64,000 nt of DNA, taken from contig JAZNNR010000005.1 of the NCBI GenBank assembly GCA_045580325.1, positions 3,504 through 67,503 of the forward strand. The letters are read 5' to 3'. Below, one piece after another: positions 28,308 to 40,076 of the stretch (position 1 is its first letter; the number at the start of each line of letters is the position of its first letter). The DNA is from Eubacteriales bacterium (lineage in GTDB: Bacteria > Bacillota > Clostridia > Oscillospirales > CAG-272). The translations under genes were made by a program, and so were the position numbers. Below the pieces are notes generated by a model. It worked only from the letters and a program-made list of their open reading frames with translations. It ran no database searches and was not told the origin of the DNA.

Positions 28308-30023
28308 ATGAAAAAAAGATTAGTTGCCGCGATACTCTGTCTGGTTACTCTTGTTGGGGTACTTGCAGGATGTAATAACTCTTACGTTGCAACAGACACA
28401 TCTACACGCGCTATGACCGTTGTAGTTGCGCTCGTGTCCGATGAAAAGCCTTCTGAGGATGCAAGACTTGCAGTAGAAGATGCGCTCAGCACAATTACAA
28501 AACAGCTTTACAGTATAGAAGTAAAACTTGATATATATACTCCCGATGAATATCGCAGAGCTATAACCAAGAAGCTTGAAGCAAGAGAAGAAGCATTTTA
28601 TGACTTCACCAACGAAGATACTTCTATTGCAGATAACGATTCTTACATAAAGAATGAATTCGGAAGAGATGAGATAAAGTATCCTGAAACCTATCCCAAT
28701 CAGGTTGATATTCTTCTTGTTAACGATCCTCTTATGCTTCGTGAATTTGCAGAGAGAGGTTGGCTGTACGCTCTCGAGGGATCTGACTGTATGACCTCTA
28801 CCGACGGAGAAGGTACGCTTATTTCCAAGCACGTTCCCGAGGCTCTTCGTAGTATCGGTGTGATCGACGAATCTCTCTATGCTATTTCAGGAAACTCGGT
28901 ATATCAGGATTATCAGTATCTCCTCGTAGATAAAGAGCTTTATACAAGCTGGGGAACAACTAAAGCGGAAGACATCAAGGGACTTGATTCTATAAACGAT
29001 TTCCTCGTAAATCTCGCTAAAAACGAAAGCGACGTTATCCCGCTTTATAACGTTACCAATATGGGTATTACAACAGTTACGGGCAATAAAGAATCTGTTG
29101 TAGGACAGTATATTTCGGATGTGGATCAGCCTAATATTTTTTCTACAACCTTCTTACCGAACAGCATTCTTGCACTCCCTGAGGTCAAGTCTCAGATAGC
29201 AACGATCTGTAATCTCAGATCAGCAGGCGGAGAAATGCCGAAACACACTTATGAGGTTGACTTCTCCAAGAAGTTCGGTGCCTGCTACGTTTCAGGAACC
29301 GCAGAAACAGTAGAAAAGTATCAGGAAGACTACTATGTAGTTCCTGTTGTTAAACCCCTTGCAACTACAGAATCTATCTACAACTCGATGTTCGGCGTCT
29401 GCACATTCTCCTCGGATCCCACTCGTGCATTTAAGATTTTGTCCCTGCTTTATACTAACTCTCAGTTTGTAAACACCCTTCTTTACGGCGTTGAAAACAA
29501 GCATTATACCGTTGATCCTGTGAGCGGAATTCTTACCAAAATGGAAGGCTGCGAGTATAATATGAACAGATACGGCGTAGGTAACGTTTTCCTTACAAAG
29601 CAGTGCTCTGATATGACAGAAAAAGAACTTGCTCTTTCTGCAAACGGTTGGAAGCACGGCAAAACAGCTCTTTCTGAGCTTCTCCTTACTCCTTATCTTG
29701 GATTTGAGTTTAAGTATAACGAAATGACCGATTTTGAAGAAACGGCTGAAAACAAGTATCTCGCAAGAGATGTTGAGGAAAATCTTGAAATGATGTATTC
29801 GGAGCTTCTTCTTAAAATTGCCGATTTCTCGGATACTATCAACCCTGCAACAGGTGTTCCTTATACCTTTGACGAATTCTATACAGAGCTCTCTAACTGG
29901 GTAAAGAATGACGAATACGTAAAGGCAGCGCTTAAGAACGGAGAAGACGAAATTTATTCCTTCCGTTCACAGTACGAGATCTGGTTTGAACTTATGAATC
30001 CTAAAGAGGAAGAAGCTGAATAA
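28308..30023 (+). CDS. large extracellular solute-binding lipoprotein (sugar ABC-type SBP); no cognate permeases adjacent
   Basis: Lipobox LAGC at residues 19-22. 571 aa. General resemblance to LplA/YtcQ-type SBPs. Confidence 0.6.
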   Translation: MKKRLVAAILCLVTLVGVLAGCNNSYVATDTSTRAMTVVVALVSDEKPSEDARLAVEDALSTITKQLYSIEVKLDIYTPDEYRRAITKKLEAREEAFYDFTNEDTSIADNDSYIKNEFGRDEIKYPETYPNQVDILLVNDPLMLREFAERGWLYALEGSDCMTSTDGEGTLISKHVPEALRSIGVIDESLYAISGNSVYQDYQYLLVDKELYTSWGTTKAEDIKGLDSINDFLVNLAKNESDVIPLYNVTNMGITTVTGNKESVVGQYISDVDQPNIFSTTFLPNSILALPEVKSQIATICNLRSAGGEMPKHTYEVDFSKKFGACYVSGTAETVEKYQEDYYVVPVVKPLATTESIYNSMFGVCTFSSDPTRAFKILSLLYTNSQFVNTLLYGVENKHYTVDPVSGILTKMEGCEYNMNRYGVGNVFLTKQCSDMTEKELALSANGWKHGKTALSELLLTPYLGFEFKYNEMTDFEETAENKYLARDVEENLEMMYSELLLKIADFSDTINPATGVPYTFDEFYTELSNWVKNDEYVKAALKNGEDEIYSFRSQYEIWFELMNPKEEEAE

Positions 30024-30181
30024 TTTACAAATAATAATATAAATTTAAGGACCGGAGTCTGAAAAGACTTCGGTTCTTTGTGTAAATTTTATATAAAAAT
30101 GTAAAAAATGTTAGTTAATATTTCAAAAAAAGTATAAAACTTGTGCAAATCGTAGAAAATATTGTAGCTCAAAAACTATGC

Positions 30182-30210
30182 TTGACATTTTGAAGATAAA
30201 ATGGTATAAT
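30182..30210 (+). promoter_or_regulatory. sigmaA promoter of the str operon
   Basis: TTGACA, 17-nt spacer, TATAAT. Confidence 0.6.
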
Positions 30211-30305
30211 TTTAGAGTCTTATGGTGTAAAGTTATGTCAGCCCATAGGTTTATGCCTTTGAGATATAATATTAAACACAAAATCAGCAGGTAAGGAGGT
30301 GCCAC

Positions 30306-30722
30306 ATGCCAACATTTAACCAGCTTGTCAGACAGGGCAGACACGACAAGATTTATCTGTCCAAGGCTGCAGCTTTGCAGAAGGGCTTCAACACACTGAA
30401 GAATGAACCCACAAACCAGAGTTCTCCTCAGAAGAGAGGCGTCTGCACAAAGGTTTCCACAACCAGCCCTAAGAAGCCTAACTCGGCTCTTCGTAAGATC
30501 GCCAGAGTAAGACTTACAAACGGACTTGAAGCTACAACCTACATTCCCGGAATCGGACATAATCTTCAGGAGCACTCTGTAGTGCTTATCCGCGGAGGAA
30601 GAGTTCGTGACCTCCCTGGTGTACGTTACCACATCATTCGCGGTACACTTGATACACAGGGCGTTGACAAACGTATGCAGAGCCGTTCTAAGTACGGTGC
30701 AAAGAGAGCTAAGAAAAAGTAA
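30306..30722 (+). CDS. rpsL: 30S ribosomal protein S12
   Basis: [12 protein letters not shown]...[10 protein letters not shown]...[14 protein letters not shown]. Confidence 0.97.
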   Translation: MPTFNQLVRQGRHDKIYLSKAAALQKGFNTLKNEPTNQSSPQKRGVCTKVSTTSPKKPNSALRKIARVRLTNGLEATTYIPGIGHNLQEHSVVLIRGGRVRDLPGVRYHIIRGTLDTQGVDKRMQSRSKYGAKRAKKK

Positions 30723-30904
30723 GCTCTGACTTCGGAGAGATCCGAAAAAGGTATTAAATTCTTTATCGTTTAAAGCAGAGTACCGACAACTGTTGATTTT
30801 AAATAACGTTTACTGTTATATTTCACATTATCGACTTTGCATTTACGGAAGAAATCTTTCGAGTACCTATGATATCATTTATTATTATGAAGGAGGGAAG
30901 TACA

Positions 30905-31375
30905 GTGCCGAGAAGAGGACAAATTTCCAAAAGAGACGTATTACCGGATCCTATGTATAATTCTAAGCTCGTAACAAAGCTTATCAATAACATAATGTAT
31001 GACGGTAAGAGAGGCGTGGCTCAGAAGATCGTATACGACGCATTCAAGGCTGTTGAAGAAAAGACAGGCAAGAGCGGACTTGAGGTTTTCACCCAGGCTC
31101 TCGAAAATGTAATGCCGGTTCTCGAAGTAAAGGCTCGCCGTCTTGGTGGTTCTACTTACCAGGTTCCTATGGAAGTAAGACCCGAAAGAAGACAGACTCT
31201 TGGACTTCGTTGGATCAGAAATTTTGCCAGAACTCGTAGCGAAAAGACAATGGCTGAGCGTCTTGCAGGCGAGATTATGGACGCTGCTAACAATATGGGC
31301 GGCGCAATCAAGAAAAAAGACGAAACACACAGAATGGCAGAGGCGAACAAGGCGTTTGCACATTACAGATATTAA
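30905..31375 (+). CDS. rpsG: 30S ribosomal protein S7
   Basis: GTG 30905 after [25 protein letters not shown]... Confidence 0.95.
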   Translation: MPRRGQISKRDVLPDPMYNSKLVTKLINNIMYDGKRGVAQKIVYDAFKAVEEKTGKSGLEVFTQALENVMPVLEVKARRLGGSTYQVPMEVRPERRQTLGLRWIRNFARTRSEKTMAERLAGEIMDAANNMGGAIKKKDETHRMAEANKAFAHYRY

Positions 31376-31464
31376 TTATAACGGCTGTGTTTTTCGAAAG
31401 GCAGCCTAAATAACAAAAGATATTAAATGAAACGCTTTGTATAAAATAAAGGAGAAAAAAGTCT

Positions 31465-33537
31465 ATGCCTAGAGAATACTCACTTGAGAATACTCGTAAC
31501 ATCGGAATTATGGCGCATATCGACGCCGGAAAAACGACAACAACCGAAAGAATTCTCTACTATACAGGTATAAATCACAAGCTCGGTGATACCCATGAAG
31601 GTACAGCGACAATGGACTGGATGGAACAGGAGAAGGAGAGAGGTATTACAATTACCTCTGCTGCTACGACATGCTTCTGGAAGGGCCGCCGCGTAAACAT
31701 CATTGATACTCCCGGACACGTTGACTTTACTGTGGAAGTTGAGCGTTCGCTCAGAGTTCTTGACGGAGCTGTTACCGTTCTTTGTGCAAAGGGCGGTGTT
31801 GAACCTCAGTCTGAAACCGTTTGGAGACAGGCTGATAAGTATCAGGTTCCGAGAATGTGTTACATTAACAAAATGGATATAATGGGTGCTGATTTCTACC
31901 GCGTTGTTGGAATGCTCGTAGACAGACTCAAAACAAATCCGGTACCGATTCAGCTTCCTATCGGAGCAGAAGAAAACTTCAAGGGTATCGTTGACCTTAT
32001 GAATATGGAGGCTGACGTATATTACGACGACCTCGGTAAGGACATGAGAGTTGAACCTATCCCTGCAGATATGGTAGAGCTTGCTGAAGAGTACAGACTG
32101 AAGATGGTAGAAGCCATCGCAGCAACAGACGACGACCTGATGGAAAAGTTCCTTATGGACGAAGAGATCACAGTCGACGAGCTTAAGGCTGCACTCCGTA
32201 AAGCTACTATCGAGAACAAGCTCGTTCCCGTAGTTTGCGGAACATCTTATAAGAATAAGGGAGTACAGAAGCTCCTTGACGCTATCGTTGACTTTATGCC
32301 CTCGCCTATCGACGTACCTGCGATCCGCGGTACAAACGAAGACGGTGAAGAGGTTGAACGTCCTTCTGACGATAACGCACCCTTCTCAGCTCTCGCATTC
32401 AAGATTATGACAGACCCCTATGTCGGAAAGCTTTGCTTCTTCAGAGTATATTCCGGTACAATTCCCGTAGGAACTACCGTATATAACTCCTCTAAGAAAC
32501 AGCGCGAGCGTATGGGAAGAATCCTTCAGATGCACGCTAACGACAGAAAGGATATAGACGTATGCTACGCAGGTGATATTGCCGCAGTAGTAGGTCTTAA
32601 GAATACATCGACAGGAGACACCCTCTGCCTTGAAGGTGCTGACGAGGTCGTTCTCGAGTCTATGGAATTCCCGGAACCCGTTATTAAGGTTGCAATCGAG
32701 CCTAAGACAAAGTCAGGACAGGAAAAGATCGGTATCGCTCTTGCAAAGCTTGCAGAAGAAGACCCGACCTTCAGAACCTACACTGATGAAGAAACAGGTC
32801 AGACAATTATCGCCGGAATGGGTGAGCTCCACCTTGAAATTATCGTTGACAGACTTCTCAGAGAATTCAAAGTAGAAGCTAACATCGGTAAGCCTCAGGT
32901 ATCCTACAAGGAAACAGCTCGTAAGGCTGTTGAGGCAGAAGGTAAGTTCGTAAGACAGTCGGGTGGTAAAGGTCAGTACGGTCATGTTAAGATCAAGCTC
33001 GAGCCTAACGAGCCCGGAAAGGGATACGAGTTTGTCGATGCTATCGTCGGCGGCGTAGTTCCTAAGGAATATATTCCCGCAGTTGACGCAGGTATCAGAG
33101 ATGCAATGCTCACCGGTGTAGTTGCAGGATATAATACCGTTGATATTAAGATAACACTTTATGATGGTTCTTACCACGAAGTCGACTCTTCGGAAATGGC
33201 GTTCAAGATTGCCGGATCTATGGCATTCAAGGAAGCTATGAGAAAGGCTGACCCTGTTCTTACAGAGCCGATCATGAAGGTCGTTACAGTTGTTCCTTCC
33301 GAATACATGGGTAATGTAATCGGTGGATTCTCGTCTCGCCGCGGAAACGTAGTTTCTATGGAAGACAACAAGGGTACAGCAGAGATCATTGCAGAAGTAC
33401 CGCTTTCTACAATGTTCGGTTATGCTACCGACCTTCGTTCCTCTACACAGGGACGTGGTAACTATTCTATGGAGCCCAGCCACTTCGCAGAAGTGCCTAA
33501 GAGCATCCAGGAAGAAATAATCAAGAAAAAAGCTTAA
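31465..33537 (+). CDS. fusA: translation elongation factor G
   Basis: [37 protein letters not shown]. Confidence 0.97.
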   Translation: MPREYSLENTRNIGIMAHIDAGKTTTTERILYYTGINHKLGDTHEGTATMDWMEQEKERGITITSAATTCFWKGRRVNIIDTPGHVDFTVEVERSLRVLDGAVTVLCAKGGVEPQSETVWRQADKYQVPRMCYINKMDIMGADFYRVVGMLVDRLKTNPVPIQLPIGAEENFKGIVDLMNMEADVYYDDLGKDMRVEPIPADMVELAEEYRLKMVEAIAATDDDLMEKFLMDEEITVDELKAALRKATIENKLVPVVCGTSYKNKGVQKLLDAIVDFMPSPIDVPAIRGTNEDGEEVERPSDDNAPFSALAFKIMTDPYVGKLCFFRVYSGTIPVGTTVYNSSKKQRERMGRILQMHANDRKDIDVCYAGDIAAVVGLKNTSTGDTLCLEGADEVVLESMEFPEPVIKVAIEPKTKSGQEKIGIALAKLAEEDPTFRTYTDEETGQTIIAGMGELHLEIIVDRLLREFKVEANIGKPQVSYKETARKAVEAEGKFVRQSGGKGQYGHVKIKLEPNEPGKGYEFVDAIVGGVVPKEYIPAVDAGIRDAMLTGVVAGYNTVDIKITLYDGSYHEVDSSEMAFKIAGSMAFKEAMRKADPVLTEPIMKVVTVVPSEYMGNVIGGFSSRRGNVVSMEDNKGTAEIIAEVPLSTMFGYATDLRSSTQGRGNYSMEPSHFAEVPKSIQEEIIKKKA

Positions 33538-33598
33538 TTTAAGCTAAAATAAAAAACAAAAATAAAAAATAAATAATTGTTCAGGAGGAATAATTACA

Positions 33599-34804
33599 AT
33601 GGCAAAAGCTAAGTTTGAACGCACTAAGCCGCACGTTAACATTGGTACTATCGGACACGTTGACCACGGTAAGACCACTCTTACAGCGGCTATCACAAAG
33701 ACCCTCGGTCTTAAGACAGGTACTGTTGAATTCATGGCATACGACCAGATCGACAATGCTCCCGAAGAAAGAGCAAGAGGTATCACAATCAACACTCGTC
33801 ACGTTGAGTACGAAACAGATGCTCGTCACTACGCACACGTTGACTGCCCCGGACACGCTGACTATGTTAAAAACATGATCACAGGTGCAGCTCAGATGGA
33901 CGGCGCTATCCTCGTTGTTGCAGGTACAGACGGACCTCTTCAGCAGACTCGTGAGCACGTTCTTCTCGCACGTCAGGTTGGCGTTCCTGCAATCGTTGTA
34001 TTCATGAACAAGACTGACCTCGTTGACGACGACGAACTTCTCGACCTCGTTGATATGGAAATCCGTGATCTCCTTTCTCAGTACGACTTCCCCGGCGATG
34101 ACACACCTATCGTTCGTGGATCCGCACGTGATGCACTTGAATCTGCTTCCACAGACCTCAGCTCTCCTGAGTACGCTCCTATCCTTGAGCTCATGGACGA
34201 AGTAGACTCCTTCATTCCTACTCCCGACCGTATGTCTGACCTTCCTTTCCTTATGCCTGTTGAAGACGTATTCTCGATCTCCGGACGTGGTACAGTTGCT
34301 ACAGGTAGAGTAGAGCGTGGTACAGTTAAGATCGGTGACGTTTGCGAAATCGTTGGTCTTTCCGACGAAAAGAAGTCCACAACCGTTACAGGTGTTGAAA
34401 TGTTCCATAAGATCGTTGACGAAGCTCAGGCTGGTGACAACATCGGTGCACTTCTCCGTGGTATCGCAAAGAACGAAATCGAGCGTGGACAGGTTCTCTG
34501 TAAGCCCGGCTCTGTTCAGCCCCACACCAAGTTCGTTGGACAGGTTTACGTTCTTACCGAAAAAGAAGGCGGACGTCAGAAGCCCTTCTTTGCTGGTTAC
34601 AGACCTCAGTTCTACTTCAGAACAACAGACGTTACAGGTACAATCAACCTTCCCGAAGGCGTTGAAATGTGCCGTCCCGGCGATAACGTTGATATGAGCG
34701 TTGAACTCATCACACCTATCGCTATTGAAAAGGGTCTTCGTTTCGCTATCCGTGAGGGTGGTAGAACCGTAGGATCGGGCGTTGTTGCTACAATTATCGA
34801 ATAA
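33599..34804 (+). CDS. tuf: translation elongation factor Tu
   Basis: [31 protein letters not shown]. Confidence 0.97.
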   Translation: MAKAKFERTKPHVNIGTIGHVDHGKTTLTAAITKTLGLKTGTVEFMAYDQIDNAPEERARGITINTRHVEYETDARHYAHVDCPGHADYVKNMITGAAQMDGAILVVAGTDGPLQQTREHVLLARQVGVPAIVVFMNKTDLVDDDELLDLVDMEIRDLLSQYDFPGDDTPIVRGSARDALESASTDLSSPEYAPILELMDEVDSFIPTPDRMSDLPFLMPVEDVFSISGRGTVATGRVERGTVKIGDVCEIVGLSDEKKSTTVTGVEMFHKIVDEAQAGDNIGALLRGIAKNEIERGQVLCKPGSVQPHTKFVGQVYVLTEKEGGRQKPFFAGYRPQFYFRTTDVTGTINLPEGVEMCRPGDNVDMSVELITPIAIEKGLRFAIREGGRTVGSGVVATIIE

Positions 34805-34825
34805 TTTGTAATTAAAGCTTGACGC

Positions 34826-34862
34826 ATACGGCGGGCGGGTAACCGTCCGCCGTATATTTTTG
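34826..34862 (+). terminator. intrinsic terminator after tuf
   Basis: ATACGGCGGGCGG-GTAA-CCGTCCGCCGTAT followed by ATTTTTGT. Confidence 0.8.
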
Positions 34863-34867
34863 TATAC

Positions 34868-34982
34868 TATACTTTGAGGGTTGGTTAGATTCCACACCGG
34901 CGGTTAAAGTCCGCAAACGCTTAGAAGCGCCGAGCAGGTGAAACTCCTGTACCGACGGTAAAGTCCGGATGAGAAAAGATAG
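34868..34982 (+). promoter_or_regulatory. FMN riboswitch (RFN element)
   Basis: AGGGTTGGTTAGATTCCACACCGGCGGTTAAAGTCCGC...GCAGGTGAAACTCCTGTACCGACGGTAAAGTCCGGATGAGAAAAGA matches the RFN core as I remember it. Upstream of a RibU-like gene. Confidence 0.85.
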
Positions 34983-35031
34983 ATTTCCCGTATTTTCGGT
35001 AATTTTATACTGTCTTTTCTCCGATATTTTT
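34971..35031 (+). terminator. putative riboswitch expression-platform terminator
   Basis: GAGAAAAGA (34971-34979) pairs with TCTTTTCTC (35013-35021), followed by GATATTTTT. Confidence 0.45.
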
Positions 35032-35049
35032 AATATAGGAGAAATAAAA

Positions 35050-35637
35050 ATGAAAAACACAAAAATAAAATACATAGTTAAAATTGCGCTTCTTTCCGCG
35101 CTTTCGGTGGTAATAATGTTGCTTGAGTTTCCGCTCGTTTTTGTGGCACCGAGCTTTTATGAGCTTGATCTCAGCGAATCGGTCATACTTATGGGCGGCT
35201 TTGCGCTTGGACCGGTAGCAGCGGCAATTATGGAATTTGTGAAAAATGCTCTAAATATCCTTATAAACGGAACGTCAACGGGATTTGTAGGCGAATTTGC
35301 CAACTTTGTTACAGGCTGCTGCCTTACTGTTCCTGCTTCTCTGATATATAAGTACAGAAAGAGCCTTAAAGGTGCGCTTATCGGCATGGCAGTCGGAATA
35401 GCCTCTCTCGCTATTGCGGGCGGACTTATAAACTACTTCATTATGCTTCCGATGTATTCTGCCTTTATGCCGATAGAGGATATAATAAAAGCGGGCGCGG
35501 CAATAACAGGATTTATACACGATAAGGTTACTTTTGTACTCTTCGCGGTAGTTCCGTTCAATCTTATAAAAGGCGTTCTGTGTTCGGCGGTTTGTCTTAT
35601 ACTTTACAAGCGCCTGTCGAAAATTCTACACGCATAA
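35050..35637 (+). CDS. ribU: ECF-transporter S component, riboflavin-type (RibU-like)
   Basis: ATG 35050 after AGGAGA. LLSALSVVIMLLEFPL..FYELDLSE..GGFALGPV..EFVKN...GFVGEFANF. FMN riboswitch upstream. Confidence 0.75.
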   Translation: MKNTKIKYIVKIALLSALSVVIMLLEFPLVFVAPSFYELDLSESVILMGGFALGPVAAAIMEFVKNALNILINGTSTGFVGEFANFVTGCCLTVPASLIYKYRKSLKGALIGMAVGIASLAIAGGLINYFIMLPMYSAFMPIEDIIKAGAAITGFIHDKVTFVLFAVVPFNLIKGVLCSAVCLILYKRLSKILHA

Positions 35638-35659
35638 TTTTGCGTAGTTGCGGTGTTTT

Positions 35660-36163
35660 ATGATAGAATTTATTCAAAACTTTTTCCTTGAAACAGTCGG
35701 TAAGGAGCTGTGCGTGTTCTTTTGTTCAATGCTTCCTATAATTGAACTCAGAGGCGCGATACCGCTCGGAGCGGCACTCGGACTTGAGTGGTGGTCGAGT
35801 TATGTTTTGTCAGTTGTCGGCAATATTTTGCCCGTACCGTTTATACTGCTCTTTATAAAAAAGATAATTACATGGATGTCTTCCTGCCGTATAAAGTTCT
35901 TAAATAAGACGGCAAACTTTCTTATACGTAAGGCAGAGAAGAACCGTGATAGAATTGAAAAATATTCATTTTGGGGCGTATGTATCTTTGTTGCGATACC
36001 TCTTCCGATGACAGGCGCGTGGACAGGCTCGCTTGTAGCGGCATTCATCGATATGAAATTCTGGAAAGCGATACTTTCCTGTTTTATCGGCGTACTGATC
36101 GCGGGAGTAGTTATGACACTTGCATCGTACGGAGTTGTAGCGGCTTTTCAAATATTCGCCTGA
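35660..36163 (+). CDS. small multidrug-export family membrane protein (COG2426-like)
   Basis: IELRGAIPLGAALGL motif and four TM segments. The start is uncertain (TTG 35648 or ATG 35660). Confidence 0.6.
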   Translation: MIEFIQNFFLETVGKELCVFFCSMLPIIELRGAIPLGAALGLEWWSSYVLSVVGNILPVPFILLFIKKIITWMSSCRIKFLNKTANFLIRKAEKNRDRIEKYSFWGVCIFVAIPLPMTGAWTGSLVAAFIDMKFWKAILSCFIGVLIAGVVMTLASYGVVAAFQIFA

Positions 36164-36190
36164 AAAATATATTTTTAAATAAGAAAACTA

Positions 36191-36219
36191 TTGCAAAACA
36201 GTTATGTTTGTGATACAAT
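36191..36219 (+). promoter_or_regulatory. sigmaA promoter for the metK leader
   Basis: TTGCAA, 17-nt spacer, TGaTACAAT. Confidence 0.55.
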
Positions 36220-36233
36220 ATTAGAAAATAATA

Positions 36234-36324
36234 AATCATCAAGAGTAGGGGAGGGATAGGCCCGTTGATCCTACAGCAACCTACCGCAAAAGCGCGGAAA
36301 GGTGCCAATTCCTAAGAGATGAGA
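36234..36324 (+). promoter_or_regulatory. SAM-I (S-box) riboswitch
   Basis: TCATCAAGAGTAGGGGAGGGATAGGCCCGTTGATCCTACAGCAACC...AAGGTGCCAATTCCTAAGAGATGA. Confidence 0.85.
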
Positions 36325-36337
36325 GCAAAATAAATGC

Positions 36338-36370
36338 GAGCGTCTGCGGGAATACTGTTGACGCTCTTTT
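36338..36370 (+). terminator. S-box leader terminator
   Basis: GAGCGTC...GACGCTC followed by TTTT. Confidence 0.7.
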
Positions 36371-36413
36371 GTTTGCCGGATTTTCAAAACTAAGAAAGGT
36401 AAAAATAGCAGAA

Positions 36414-37592
36414 ATGAAAAAACTTTTTACATCAGAATCGGTAACCGAAGGTCATCCCGATAAAATATGCGATAAGATCTCAGATTCTATACTCGATGCG
36501 ATTCTTGCCAAGGATCCTATGGCACGTGTTGCCTGTGAAACTACCGCAACTACGGGAATAATCTACGTTATGGGCGAGATTACCACAAATGCGGGTGTAA
36601 AGTATGAGGAGATAGTAAGAGAAGCGGTAAGAGAAATAGGATACGACAGAGCAAAGTACGGCTTTGACTGCGATACCTGTGCGGTTATTAACTCTATACA
36701 TAGTCAGTCGCCCGATATAGCGATGGGTGTTGATAAATCTCTCGAAGCGAAAAACGGTGAGGACGATAAATACGATACGGGCGCAGGAGATCAGGGAATG
36801 ATGTTCGGCTTTGCTTGCGATGAAACTCCCGAGCTTATGCCTCTTCCTATATCACTTGCCCACAAGCTCGCAAAACGTCTTACAGAGGTCAGAAAGAAGG
36901 GAGAGCTGTCTTACCTTCGCCCCGATGGAAAAACGCAGGTAACGGTAGAATATGAGGACGATAAGCCTATAAAGGTTGATACTGTCGTTGTATCCTCACA
37001 GCATGATCCCGACGTTACACAGGAAAAGATCAGAGAAGACATTATCAAATACGTAATAGAGCCGACCGTACCGAAAGATCTTCTTGACAGTGAAACAAAG
37101 ATCTACGTAAACCCTACAGGCCGCTTCGTTATAGGCGGACCGCAGGGAGATAGCGGACTTACAGGACGAAAGATCATCGTTGATACCTACGGCGGATACG
37201 GCAGACACGGAGGCGGAGCTTTCTCGGGAAAAGACCCGACAAAAGTGGACAGAACAGCGGCTTACGCAGCAAGATACATCGCAAAAAACGTGGTAGCTGC
37301 GGGAATTGCTAAAAAATGTGAGGTTCAGCTTGCGTATGCAATAGGTGTTGCAAGACCTGTTTCGGTTATGGTAGAAACCTTTGGAACATCCGCTTATACA
37401 GGCGAGGAAATTGCCGACGTGATCGCAAAGCTTGTGGACCTTAGACCTGCGGCAATTATCGAAAAATTCGACCTTAGAAAGCCGATATACGCGCCTCTTG
37501 CGGCATACGGACATATGGGTAGAGAAGAGCTTAACGTTCTTTGGGAAAAGACAGATATTGCCGATAAGATAAAAGAGGCACTCTCTGAATAA
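36414..37592 (+). CDS. metK: S-adenosylmethionine synthetase
   Basis: [41 protein letters not shown]. Confidence 0.97.
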   Translation: MKKLFTSESVTEGHPDKICDKISDSILDAILAKDPMARVACETTATTGIIYVMGEITTNAGVKYEEIVREAVREIGYDRAKYGFDCDTCAVINSIHSQSPDIAMGVDKSLEAKNGEDDKYDTGAGDQGMMFGFACDETPELMPLPISLAHKLAKRLTEVRKKGELSYLRPDGKTQVTVEYEDDKPIKVDTVVVSSQHDPDVTQEKIREDIIKYVIEPTVPKDLLDSETKIYVNPTGRFVIGGPQGDSGLTGRKIIVDTYGGYGRHGGGAFSGKDPTKVDRTAAYAARYIAKNVVAAGIAKKCEVQLAYAIGVARPVSVMVETFGTSAYTGEEIADVIAKLVDLRPAAIIEKFDLRKPIYAPLAAYGHMGREELNVLWEKTDIADKIKEALSE

Positions 37593-37639
37593 TCAAAAAA
37601 TAAGACTGCAGCATAGAATACACTGCGAGGTGAATTTCT

Positions 37640-37822
37640 ATGCTGCAGCTTGTATGCGAAATATTTTTAGCACTTGTTGTTGTTTTTATTATATATCTTG
37701 CATTTCTGAGGATATTTGTCAAGGATAATGCCATATCTTCTCTTAAAGAAGAGGAAAACAGGGAATTTGATAATAATTTTGACAGTAAAAACGATAATAA
37801 GAACATAAATAAAAAACAGTAA
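37640..37822 (+). CDS. possible small membrane protein (60 aa)
   Basis: One hydrophobic helix followed by a polar tail. The start codon lies inside a 13-bp hairpin arm. Weak support. Confidence 0.25.
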   Translation: MLQLVCEIFLALVVVFIIYLAFLRIFVKDNAISSLKEEENREFDNNFDSKNDNKNINKKQ

Positions 37823-37844
37823 ACTTACGAAAGGAGAAAACGGT

Positions 37845-40064
37845 ATGGACTCAAAATTTGAAAACGAAGAGCTTGTAGTTATCGACGGAATCATAGAAAC
37901 TGTTATGTTTGAAAATCGCGACAACGGCTATACCGTTTGTCTTCTTGAAACCGAGGACGAGCTTATCACCGCGGTCGGTATTATGCCTTGCAGCCAAGAA
38001 GGCGAGATCATAAGAGCGCAGGGAAAATGGGAAACACACCCAAGCTACGGTAAGCAGTTCAGAGTAATATATTATGAAAAGCAGCTTCCCGCAACGGGCG
38101 CGGCGATGATAAAATATCTTTCGTCGGGTATAATCAAGGGCGTGGGCAAGAAAACTGCCGAGAAGATCGTCGGAATGTTCGGCGATGAAACGCTCGACGT
38201 TATTGAAAACGCTCCGCATCTTCTCTGCGATATTCCGGGAATAAGACCTAAAAAGGCGCAGGAAATAAGTGAAGCCTTCAAAAATCAGTTCGGAATGAGA
38301 AATATTATGCTCTTTTTAAGAGAATATTTCGGTCCGTCCACGATAATGAAGATATATAAGAGATGGGGCGCAGGCTCGGTCGACGTAATAAAGCAAAATC
38401 CCTATATACTCTGCGACGAGATATACGGAATAGGCTTTGAGCGCGCGGATAAATTCGCTCTTTCGCTCGGAGTTGACCTTCTGTCGCCTTATCGCATAAA
38501 ATCGTGCGTCGTATATGCGCTCAGCTCAAACGCGATGAGCAACGGACACGTTTTCATACCCAAGAAAAGACTCGCAGAGCATATCGCAGGTATGATAGAC
38601 TGCTCAAGTGATGCCGCCGAAGATGCCATTGATATTCTGACCGAAGAAAAAAGAACGGTAATCGTTAAGTATTTCGATCAGGAATGCGTTTATTTGAAGG
38701 AATATTACGACGCGGAGCGCTATATAGTTCAGAAGCTCACACTTCTTGAAAAGGTAAGCACAGCGGCGTATATGGACGATGCTTACTCGCTTATAAAAAT
38801 GGTTGAAGAGGAAGAGGACGTCGAGTACGAGTCTTTGCAGAAAAAAGCGATATCGGAGGCTATTTCAAGCGGAGTAATGCTTCTTACAGGTGGTCCCGGT
38901 ACGGGTAAAACCACTATAATACGCGCGGTAATACGTATTTTTGATAAAATAGGCATAAAGGTAGCACTTGCCGCTCCCACGGGACGTGCGGCAAAAAGAA
39001 TGTCCGAAACAACGCAGAGAGAAGCCAAAACGATACATAGACTTCTCGAAATGGAGTTTACATCAGACGATAGACCGCGCTTCAGACGCGATGAGAATAA
39101 CCTTCTTGAAGAAAGCGTTATTATAATCGACGAGGCGTCTATGGTCGATACTATGCTTATGGCGTCCCTTCTCAAAGCGGTCAAGCCCGGCTCGAGATTT
39201 ATTCTCATAGGAGATGCCGATCAGCTCCCCTCGGTCGGTGCGGGTAACGTGCTTTGCGACCTGCTTGCAAGCGATATTTTCCACTCTGTACGCCTTACAG
39301 AGATATACAGACAGGCAAGGGAGAGCCGAATAGTAACCAACGCACACGCGATAAATGACGGCGAGCTGCCTATCCTCGATGATAAAAAGGGCGATTTCTT
39401 CTTCATTTCAAGAGAGGACGAAACACAAATAGCTCCTACTATATCAGACCTCTGTATGAACAGACTTCCCAAAAAATACGGTAAGGATATAATTTCGGAA
39501 ATACAGATAATAACACCCTCGCGTAAGGGTGTCGCAGGAACGGAGATACTAAACGAGCGCCTCAGAAACGTTCAGAATCCTCGTTCACAGGACAAAAAAG
39601 AGAAGAAGGTGCGCGATATTACCTTCCGCGAAGGCGATAAGGTAATGCAGATAAGAAATAATTATTCGATAGAATGGACTCGCTCAGGCGAAGAGGGCGA
39701 AGGAATGTTCAACGGAGATATCGGGATAATAGAAACGATAGATAACGTGAACGAGAAAATGTATATCAATTTCGATGGCAAACTTACCGAATATTCGTAC
39801 GATGAGCTTGACGATATCGAGCATGCCTACGCAATAACTATACATAAGAGTCAGGGAAGTGAGTATCCTGTCGTTATAATTCCTGCTTATATGTATTCTC
39901 CAAGGCTTCTCACACGAAACCTCTTATATACCGCGGTAACACGCGCGCAGAAGATGGTAATAATCGTAGGACGCGCCGAAATAGTCAGAATGATGGTCGA
40001 AAATAAGCGCCTTGCCAAAAGATATACGGGGCTTCGTTATATGCTTGAAGCGTATGACGTGTAA
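37845..40064 (+). CDS. recD2: RecD2-type SF1 ATP-dependent DNA helicase
   Basis: LTGGPGTGKTT, IIIDEASMVD, LIGDADQLPSVGAG, C-terminal ITIHKSQGSEY. Confidence 0.9.
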   Translation: MDSKFENEELVVIDGIIETVMFENRDNGYTVCLLETEDELITAVGIMPCSQEGEIIRAQGKWETHPSYGKQFRVIYYEKQLPATGAAMIKYLSSGIIKGVGKKTAEKIVGMFGDETLDVIENAPHLLCDIPGIRPKKAQEISEAFKNQFGMRNIMLFLREYFGPSTIMKIYKRWGAGSVDVIKQNPYILCDEIYGIGFERADKFALSLGVDLLSPYRIKSCVVYALSSNAMSNGHVFIPKKRLAEHIAGMIDCSSDAAEDAIDILTEEKRTVIVKYFDQECVYLKEYYDAERYIVQKLTLLEKVSTAAYMDDAYSLIKMVEEEEDVEYESLQKKAISEAISSGVMLLTGGPGTGKTTIIRAVIRIFDKIGIKVALAAPTGRAAKRMSETTQREAKTIHRLLEMEFTSDDRPRFRRDENNLLEESVIIIDEASMVDTMLMASLLKAVKPGSRFILIGDADQLPSVGAGNVLCDLLASDIFHSVRLTEIYRQARESRIVTNAHAINDGELPILDDKKGDFFFISREDETQIAPTISDLCMNRLPKKYGKDIISEIQIITPSRKGVAGTEILNERLRNVQNPRSQDKKEKKVRDITFREGDKVMQIRNNYSIEWTRSGEEGEGMFNGDIGIIETIDNVNEKMYINFDGKLTEYSYDELDDIEHAYAITIHKSQGSEYPVVIIPAYMYSPRLLTRNLLYTAVTRAQKMVIIVGRAEIVRMMVENKRLAKRYTGLRYMLEAYDV

Positions 40065-40076
40065 GAGAGGCGCGCT

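Noticed and set aside
33581-34897. 438-aa minus-strand ORF
   Set aside because: It is exactly antisense to tuf and is an artefact of codon bias. The same applies to 32713-33483, opposite fusA.
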